NCBI GenBank assembly: GCA_963692945.1
Contig: OY843585.1
Span: 360,001 to 392,000 of the forward strand
Source of the DNA: Bdellovibrionales bacterium
Lineage (GTDB): Bacteria; Bdellovibrionota; Bdellovibrionia; Bdellovibrionales; UBA1609
Length of the DNA: 32,000 nt
Direction of reading: 5' to 3'
Shown: positions 26,723 through 32,000 of the stretch, piece after piece
Layout: each line of letters opens with the position of its first letter
Position numbering within the stretch: position 1 is the stretch's first letter
The notes under the pieces: generated by a model
Told to the model about the DNA's origin: nothing
The model's database searches: none
What the model saw: the letters and a program-made list of their open reading frames with translations, nothing else
Made by a program: the position numbers and the translations under genes

Positions 26723-26894
26723 ATAGGAAGTGTCAAAGATGAATTTAAAGCTTACATAGGAAATTAAATATAGATAGGAGTTTTTTATAAAGTAAAAAAG
26801 CTTCGTAATCAGCAAACGATAGGAAGTTGGAAAAGAGTTCAACATTCTTTAAAATAGGAAATCTTAAATACTCTTACAGTTCTTGTCATTAGGA
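26723..26894 (+). repeat. cluster of six same-orientation (A/T)TAGGA(A/G/T) motifs in the tatA / repeat-array intergenic region
   Basis: ATAGGAAG 26723, ATAGGAAA 26756, ATAGGAGT 26774, ATAGGAAG 26819, ATAGGAAA 26854 and TTAGGATA 26889. I did not see the motif clustered in any other intergenic region of the window. Confidence 0.8.
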
Positions 26895-26975
26895 TATTTG
26901 AGTTTATGCTTGTTTAATATCAGTTAAATAAAAGATTTTATAGGTGTAATAACAAAAATAACGCTATTTAATAAG

Positions 26976-27004
26976 TTGATTTTTTACAAATTAGATTTTA
27001 TATT
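26976..27004 (+). promoter_or_regulatory. candidate sigma70-type promoter driving the repeat array and downstream gene
   Basis: TTGATT, 17-nt spacer, TATATT. The predicted TSS is about 27011, 20 nt before the ATG at 27031. Confidence 0.4.
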
Positions 27005-27030
27005 GTTTTATATCTTGGTTTGTTGATCAA

Positions 27031-27507
27031 ATGAAAGATAATTATTCTAAGAATAATAAAGTTCTTAAGAATAATAAAGTTCTTAAGAATAATAAAGTTC
27101 TTAAGAATAATAAAGTTCTTAAGAATAATAAAGTTCTTAAGAATAATAAAGTTCTTAAGAATAATAAAGTTCTTAAGAATAATAAAGTTCTTAAGAATAA
27201 TAAAGTTCTTAAGAATAATAAAGTTCTTAAGAATAATAAAGTTCTTAAGAATAATAAAGTTCTTAAGAATAATAAAGTTCTTAAGAATAATAAAGTTCTT
27301 AAGAATAATAAAGTTCTTAAGAATAATAAAGTTCTTAAGAATAATAAAGTTCTTAAGAATAATAAAGTTCTTAAGAATAATAAAGTTCTTAAGAATAATA
27401 AAGTTCTTAAGAATAATAAAGTTCTTAAGAATAATAAAGTTCTTAAGAATAATAAAGTTCTTAAGAATAATAAAGTTCTTAAGAATAATAAAAAAGGAGG
27501 TTCTTAA
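27031..27507 (+). CDS. repeat-encoded ORF MKDNYSK(NNKVLK)24NNKKGGS; translation uncertain
   Basis: Open frame with an ATG but no Shine-Dalgarno. Its TAA directly abuts the next ATG. It could equally be an untranslated leader. Confidence 0.25.
   Translation: MKDNYSKNNKVLKNNKVLKNNKVLKNNKVLKNNKVLKNNKVLKNNKVLKNNKVLKNNKVLKNNKVLKNNKVLKNNKVLKNNKVLKNNKVLKNNKVLKNNKVLKNNKVLKNNKVLKNNKVLKNNKVLKNNKVLKNNKVLKNNKVLKNNKVLKNNKKGGS
27052..27483 (+). repeat. 24 perfect tandem copies of the 18-bp unit AATAATAAAGTTCTTAAG
   Basis: Read directly from the sequence. The copy number is confirmed by the track translation (NNKVLK)x24. A degenerate copy lies 5' (about 27034-27051). A 25th copy, interrupted by AAAGGAG, lies 3' (27484-27507). 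Confidence 0.97.
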
Positions 27508-28434
27508 ATGAGCAAAATTTTCAAAAAAATACTTATTGTTGGTGTTTTTATCTTCTCTTCAGTGCAAGCTGTGGGAACTGTTATAACCCCAACGGAGAGT
27601 ACAACAGCCGTTAAAATAACAGATGGTTTCGGGAATCCAGTTCCTTCAATAGTTAGATCAGTAGCTGTAAATGTTGCAGTAGATTTAGATACCGAAATTC
27701 TTAATAAATTTGCACCTATAGTTGGAGCTATTGAGGAATCTAAAACAAAGGATAATGTAGAAGTAGACCTTACAAGCATTGTACCAGAAGACTTTAGTGC
27801 TTTACTTAAGAGAATTAGAGTCAGTGTTGAAGGGAGCTTAATTAATGATATAATGACGCCTGATCTCAGAGCTACATTAGCTCCAATACTTGTTGAAAAT
27901 GATTCAAGCATGAAAATTGAGTTGGATGTAAGTGGTAAAAATCTTTTAAGTTTCTTAATAATTGTAGGTAATTCTCAAAAAGAATCTAATTCTCTAGAGA
28001 AAATGCTTAGTTTCTTATCTGCTAATAAATACGAAGAGGTTGAATCATCTTCACCTGTTACATCAATGTCAGTTGAATTGGATGTAGATGTAGATCTTAT
28101 AGAGTTTGCTCAATCTCTAGAGACTTTCAATAATCTAATGAAGCCAGGAACTGATAAGCAGAGTTGGCTTAGTAAATTAGATCAAGTGACGGCAATGTTT
28201 CCAAGGATTTTAGCGAAACTAGATGTAAATGATACAACTGAAAGTCATATTATACACAGCGTGTTATGGTTTATGTATGATGTTGCAATGGAAGAAGACG
28301 CAGAAATATCCGAGCATGTTAGTGCTAGCGAATATTTTAAAGAAAGGGATGTTGAATATTCTATTTCAAAGAAAGGTGATAGAATGTCTATACTTATGTC
28401 TGAACAACGATCTATGTCTGAACAACAAAACTAA
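27508..28434 (+). CDS. secreted acidic protein of unknown function
   Basis: Strong RBS (AAAGGAGG, 7-nt spacing). Sec signal peptide MSKIFKKILIVGVFIFSSVQA. By hand count about 48 D/E versus about 25 K/R. No family recognised. Followed by a strong terminator. Confidence 0.75.
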   Translation: MSKIFKKILIVGVFIFSSVQAVGTVITPTESTTAVKITDGFGNPVPSIVRSVAVNVAVDLDTEILNKFAPIVGAIEESKTKDNVEVDLTSIVPEDFSALLKRIRVSVEGSLINDIMTPDLRATLAPILVENDSSMKIELDVSGKNLLSFLIIVGNSQKESNSLEKMLSFLSANKYEEVESSSPVTSMSVELDVDVDLIEFAQSLETFNNLMKPGTDKQSWLSKLDQVTAMFPRILAKLDVNDTTESHIIHSVLWFMYDVAMEEDAEISEHVSASEYFKERDVEYSISKKGDRMSILMSEQRSMSEQQN

Positions 28435-28462
28435 TTTATAGATTCTTAATAAATAAATTTAT

Positions 28463-28493
28463 AAAAGGGGTTAAGGAATTAACCCCTTTTTTT
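28463..28493. terminator. bidirectional rho-independent terminator
   Basis: AAAA GGGGTTAA-GGAA-TTAACCCC TTTTTTT: an 8-bp stem with 4 G:C pairs, a 4-nt loop, an A-run 5' and a T-run 3'. It lies between the convergent genes 27508..28434 (+) and mutY (-). Confidence 0.75.
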
Positions 28494-28527
28494 GTTTGTT
28501 TTAAAAGTGAAACATTCTAGAGATGTT

Positions 28528-29505
28528 TTAAGTTTTTAAAATTTTTTGAATTAAGGAAGAAGGGTTTAGTTTTGTGGCTTGTTTTTGTGTGAACCATTGA
28601 ATCGGTTTTTCTTTTAGTTTTTTAACCGTAGTAGATTTAATGTTAACAAAAATTTGGTAATGCATAATACTGTGACAAAAATGGTATTTTTTTGGTTTAG
28701 ACTTAAGTTTTTTTATAGTTCCTGGAAACATAATTTTATCTTTTAAAAAAGGAATGTTTTTATGTTTTGTAAAAGCCAACTTAGAATTTTTAAAGACAAT
28801 CTCTGGTTGCCAATACCAAAGTTCTTTTTCTTTTTTAGTCTTTTTTAAAGGAAGTTCATTTTGAATTTTACTTTTAAAAGCTTTGCAATACTTCATTAAA
28901 GGGCATATCAGGCAAAGTGGATTTTTAGGAATACAAACTAAAGAACCTAATTCCATTAAAGCTTGATTCATCAAAGAGGAGTCCATTTGTTGAACCCAAA
29001 GGTCTGCCAAATTTTGGAGTTGATTTTTACTAGAAGCTTCCCACCATTTTAAAGCTTGTCCATAAAACCGAGATAAAACTCTGATCACATTTCCGTCAAG
29101 GACTCCAACTGACTCTTTAAAAGCTAAGGAGCTCACAGCTCTGGCTGTGTAGGGGCCAAATCCTGGTAATAAAAGAAGTTCTTTATGATTTTTTGGAAAA
29201 TGCTTCTGATTTTTAATCTTCTTAGCTGCTTTTATGAGATTTTCGGCTCTTCTATAATAACCTAGTCCAGTCCAAAGAGGAAAAACATCTGCCTTTTTAG
29301 CTTGGGATAATGATTTTATAGTGGGAAATCTCTTTAAAAACTTAGTGTAGTAAGGGATAACGGCTTTAGAAGTTGTTTGTTGAAGCATGACTTCTGAAAT
29401 CCAAATGCGATAAGGGTCTTTTGTATTTCTCCAAGGTAAATCTCTATGATGTTTTTCAAACCAAAGAAGTAATTTTTTTTGTACCTGTTTTTGGACTTTT
29501 TTCAT
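28528..29505 (-). CDS. mutY: A/G-specific adenine DNA glycosylase
   Basis: LLLWFEKHHRDLPWR, YRIWISEVMLQQT, GLGYYRRA, the Fe-S cluster CIPKNPLCLICPLMKYC and a C-terminal NUDIX-like domain. I prefer the start at M18 (29505) on N-terminal length; the track's start is 29556. Confidence 0.88.
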   Translation of the reverse strand: MKKVQKQVQKKLLLWFEKHHRDLPWRNTKDPYRIWISEVMLQQTTSKAVIPYYTKFLKRFPTIKSLSQAKKADVFPLWTGLGYYRRAENLIKAAKKIKNQKHFPKNHKELLLLPGFGPYTARAVSSLAFKESVGVLDGNVIRVLSRFYGQALKWWEASSKNQLQNLADLWVQQMDSSLMNQALMELGSLVCIPKNPLCLICPLMKYCKAFKSKIQNELPLKKTKKEKELWYWQPEIVFKNSKLAFTKHKNIPFLKDKIMFPGTIKKLKSKPKKYHFCHSIMHYQIFVNIKSTTVKKLKEKPIQWFTQKQATKLNPSSLIQKILKT

Positions 29506-29565
29506 AGGGACTTTAGAGTAGATTTTAACACATCCAAGAGAGATGTTGATCTCCATACAAAAACA

Positions 29566-32000
29566 TCATGACTTCTTTAAACTTTGTAATAAAAAAGTCT
29601 CTAATTTTGACAGTTGAGATTTATCACTGAAAGAGCCTTGTGCAAAATGGTTTTGACCACCTCCCTTTCCTTTTAAAAAGGGGGCTAATTCGTTTTTTAA
29701 AAACTCTCCTGCTGAGATGTCTTTTTGTAGATTTTTTGTGACAGTGACAATGATAGGATGAGACTTTAGGTCTTCTCCAATGGCAACAATCACTCCAGAA
29801 GACATTTTTGTTTTGAGTTGGTCGGCTATTTCGGCTAGGAGTTTTCTATCTTTTAAAGGGAGATTTACAATAAGTAAATGCCCTTGAATTTCACCTTTTT
29901 TAAAAGGCTTAGATTGTTTCAATAGGTCTTTTGTTTTTGAAAAAAAACTTTGAACATTGTCAAATTGTTTCTGTAAAGTTTCTAGCTGGTTTTGTTTTTT
30001 TTCTGCCCAGTCTAAAAAAGGATTATGAGATTCCATTTTTTTAGGAATAGAAATCCCTAAATACTTTCTCAGTTCTAAATTGAATTTTGTAAGAATAGAT
30101 CTTCTAGCATGTTCAACCTTTGGATAAGCAAGGGATTTAGAGTTTTTAACAGATAGGATAGAGGAGTTAGGTTTTAAGTTTATAAATTGTAAATTTACAA
30201 TTTGTTTTTTTAAATGATCCATTTTTTGATTTTGTTCTTTTTCCCATTGAAAGAAAGGATTCTCTTTTTGATTTAAAGTTTCTTTAGAGAAATTTAAATC
30301 CTGAGCCAATTCTACGACTTGATTTTTAAGATCTTCTTCCCATTTTTCAGAGATGGAACTTGTGCAGGCTAAAATTCTTCTCACACCGGATTGAACTCCT
30401 GTTTCCATAATGATTTTAAAGTCTTTGATCTCTTGAAGATTTTTAACATGAATACCACCACAGAGTTCCTTAGAGGTGTTTTTTCCAATCTGAATCACAC
30501 GAACTTCATGATCATAGTTTTCTCCTCTAAGGGAGAGAGCTCCTTCTTGAAGGGCTTGTTTGTAAGGGAGGAATTTAAAAGAAACCTCCTCTTTATTTTG
30601 AATTTTCTCACAAATATCCTTTTCAAGAATCTCTAATTGTTTTTCTGTTAAGGGTTGAGCTTGAGTGAAATCAAATCTTAAGTAGCCGGGTTCCACAAGA
30701 GAGCCAGCTTGTCGGACAGTGTTGCCCAGCAGTTTTCTTAAGGAACTGTGTAAAAGATGAGTGGCAGAATGACTGGTAGAAATGAGAGAGCGAAATTCAG
30801 AATTGACAATGAGTTTGCAAGAAGAGTTTTGATTTAAAGTTCCCTCAAGCACTTTTATTTTGTGAAAGATGATCTTATTTTTTTTAAGAGTGTCTAAAAT
30901 TTCAGCTTCTCCTGTATCTGTTTTTAGGAGACCTCTATCTCCAATAGGACCTCCTCCTTCAGGGTAAAAACAGGTTTTTTCAGTTACCAACCATCCCATT
31001 TTATTTTTTTCTATTTTTTTAACTTCTGAAAAAGATTCTTCCTCTTGAAAAAGAAAAAGAATAGAAGATTCTGCTTGGTCTTTTTCATAACCTGTAAACG
31101 AAGTTTCTTGATGGGTAAGGGTTGGGTTAAAGTTTTTCATAAGACTTTCTAAATGGTTTTTTTCTAAACCCAAAGAGGGTTTTTGATTTTTTTCTAAAAG
31201 AGATTTTTCTTTTTCAAAAGTTTTTTCGTCTATGATTTGACAATGGTTTTCTTTTACAATGAGACGAGTGAGATCAATAGGGAAACCATAAGTGCTATAG
31301 AGATCCCATGCTGTTTTAAAATCTATAAAAGAGTTAGGTGAGGATTTGATTTTTTCTTTTAGTTTTTTACGACCAATTTCTAAACTTTTAGAAAAACGAT
31401 GAGTTTCTTCATCAATCAAAGAGAGAATAAGAGACCTTTCTTTCTTTAAATAAGGATAAACGGATGACATAAGTTCTATCGTTTTCTCCGTGGCTTTTTC
31501 AAGAAGATTGACTTTGGGATTTAATTTTTGATTGTAATAAAGAGCTCTTCGCATGATTCTTCTTAGAACATAATTGGAACCGTCGCTTCCTGGGATCACT
31601 CCATCACTTATGAGGAAAGAAAGAGCACGACTGTGATCCGCTATCACACGGAAGGCCATTTGTTCTTCTTTCAATTGATGCTCCAAAAAATTATATTGAT
31701 AGGGTGAGTGTTCTTCTAAAGATTGAATGATTTCCTTGAATGAATCGGTGTTATAATTGCTTTTTGTTTTTTGGACAAGACAGGTTAATCTTTCTAAACC
31801 CATACCTGTATCCACACAGGGTTTAGGCAGTGGTTTTCTTTCTTGTGTTTCGGTGTCATAAAATTCCATAAAAACAAGGTTCCAAATTTCAATAAGATCC
31901 TCAGGGTTTGGTTTTTTTTCTTTGCCATTGTAATAGTGAATCTCTGAGCAAGGACCACAAGGACCCGTATCTCCCATTTGCCAAAAATTACTTTTTTTTC
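29566..32000 (-). CDS. alaS: alanine-tRNA ligase, partial (N-terminus lies beyond the window end)
   Basis: QMGDTGPCGPCSEIHY is an internal class II AlaRS motif, so the gene continues past 32000. The editing domain HSATHLLH...CGGIHV and the C-terminal DHHA1-like GKGGGQNHFAQG are present. Confidence 0.95.
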   Translation of the reverse strand, partial: KKSNFWQMGDTGPCGPCSEIHYYNGKEKKPNPEDLIEIWNLVFMEFYDTETQERKPLPKPCVDTGMGLERLTCLVQKTKSNYNTDSFKEIIQSLEEHSPYQYNFLEHQLKEEQMAFRVIADHSRALSFLISDGVIPGSDGSNYVLRRIMRRALYYNQKLNPKVNLLEKATEKTIELMSSVYPYLKKERSLILSLIDEETHRFSKSLEIGRKKLKEKIKSSPNSFIDFKTAWDLYSTYGFPIDLTRLIVKENHCQIIDEKTFEKEKSLLEKNQKPSLGLEKNHLESLMKNFNPTLTHQETSFTGYEKDQAESSILFLFQEEESFSEVKKIEKNKMGWLVTEKTCFYPEGGGPIGDRGLLKTDTGEAEILDTLKKNKIIFHKIKVLEGTLNQNSSCKLIVNSEFRSLISTSHSATHLLHSSLRKLLGNTVRQAGSLVEPGYLRFDFTQAQPLTEKQLEILEKDICEKIQNKEEVSFKFLPYKQALQEGALSLRGENYDHEVRVIQIGKNTSKELCGGIHVKNLQEIKDFKIIMETGVQSGVRRILACTSSISEKWEEDLKNQVVELAQDLNFSKETLNQKENPFFQWEKEQNQKMDHLKKQIVNLQFINLKPNSSILSVKNSKSLAYPKVEHARRSILTKFNLELRKYLGISIPKKMESHNPFLDWAEKKQNQLETLQKQFDNVQSFFSKTKDLLKQSKPFKKGEIQGHLLIVNLPLKDRKLLAEIADQLKTKMSSGVIVAIGEDLKSHPIIVTVTKNLQKDISAGEFLKNELAPFLKGKGGGQNHFAQGSFSDKSQLSKLETFLLQSLKKS

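Noticed and set aside
27052-27483. Could the 18-bp array be a CRISPR array or a centromere/iteron array?
   Set aside because: It is not CRISPR: the units are directly abutting with no spacers and there are no cas genes. A parS/iteron-like role cannot be excluded, but there are no par, rep or plasmid genes nearby, so I kept it only as one hypothesis in the finding.
27504-27911. 135-aa ORF antisense to the 5' third of the secreted-protein gene; unusually long for an AT-rich genome.
   Set aside because: It has no RBS and lies entirely inside a well-supported sense gene with a strong RBS and signal peptide. The product is low-complexity S/T/L/I-rich. It is most simply a by-product of the Val/Thr/Ser/Ile-rich sense codons lacking reverse-complement stops.
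76-30636. Short nested or antisense track ORFs: 76..261, 2884..3144, 4069..4296, 10285..10485, 17747..17956, 22574..22813, 24507..24713, 28229..28441 and 30391..30636.
   Set aside because: Each lies wholly within a longer ORF with clear family motifs, in another frame or strand. They lack an RBS and have low-complexity translations.

Overview
AT-rich (roughly one-third G+C by eye, not computed) bacterial chromosomal segment, densely packed with housekeeping genes. On the + strand: pyrH-frr-uppS-rseP-tsaB-rluD. On the - strand: a dnaX-recR-MglA-like GTPase-PPTase operon and an MltD-like transglycosylase. Then csrA, rsmE and a menaquinone cluster (menB-menA-menC-menE, a convergent hotdog thioesterase, a polyprenyl synthase). 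A tight + strand array follows: rsmJ / SpoIIE-like / nth / thiBPQ / transketolase. The window ends with tatA (-), mutY and the 3' two-thirds of alaS (-). Gene content (RseP, TatA, lipobox lipoprotein, MltD, MglA-type GTPase, CsrA, menaquinone) suggests a Gram-negative-type, possibly Bdellovibrionota/Oligoflexia-like organism; this is inference only. I saw no rRNA, tRNA, CRISPR, transposase or integrase. Two islets look accessory. (a) 5.9-7.8 kb holds a Sel1-repeat secreted protein, an overlapping Cys-rich mini-lipoprotein and a PilZ-like ORF behind a 394-bp AT-rich spacer. (b) 26.7-28.5 kb is the most unusual locus. It has a cluster of six same-strand ATAGGA motifs, then a strong promoter, then 24 perfect 18-bp tandem repeats that read as (NNKVLK)24 and run directly into the RBS and start codon of an orphan acidic secreted protein, closed by a strong bidirectional terminator. 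Other points of interest: an MglA homologue with all three catalytic positions substituted, an A9 tract in dnaX at the expected tau/gamma boundary, a peptide-conserved SETFQ x4 insert in RsmJ, and a degenerate PP2C/SpoIIE domain. Hand-counted coordinates for non-ORF features may be off by 1-2 nt.
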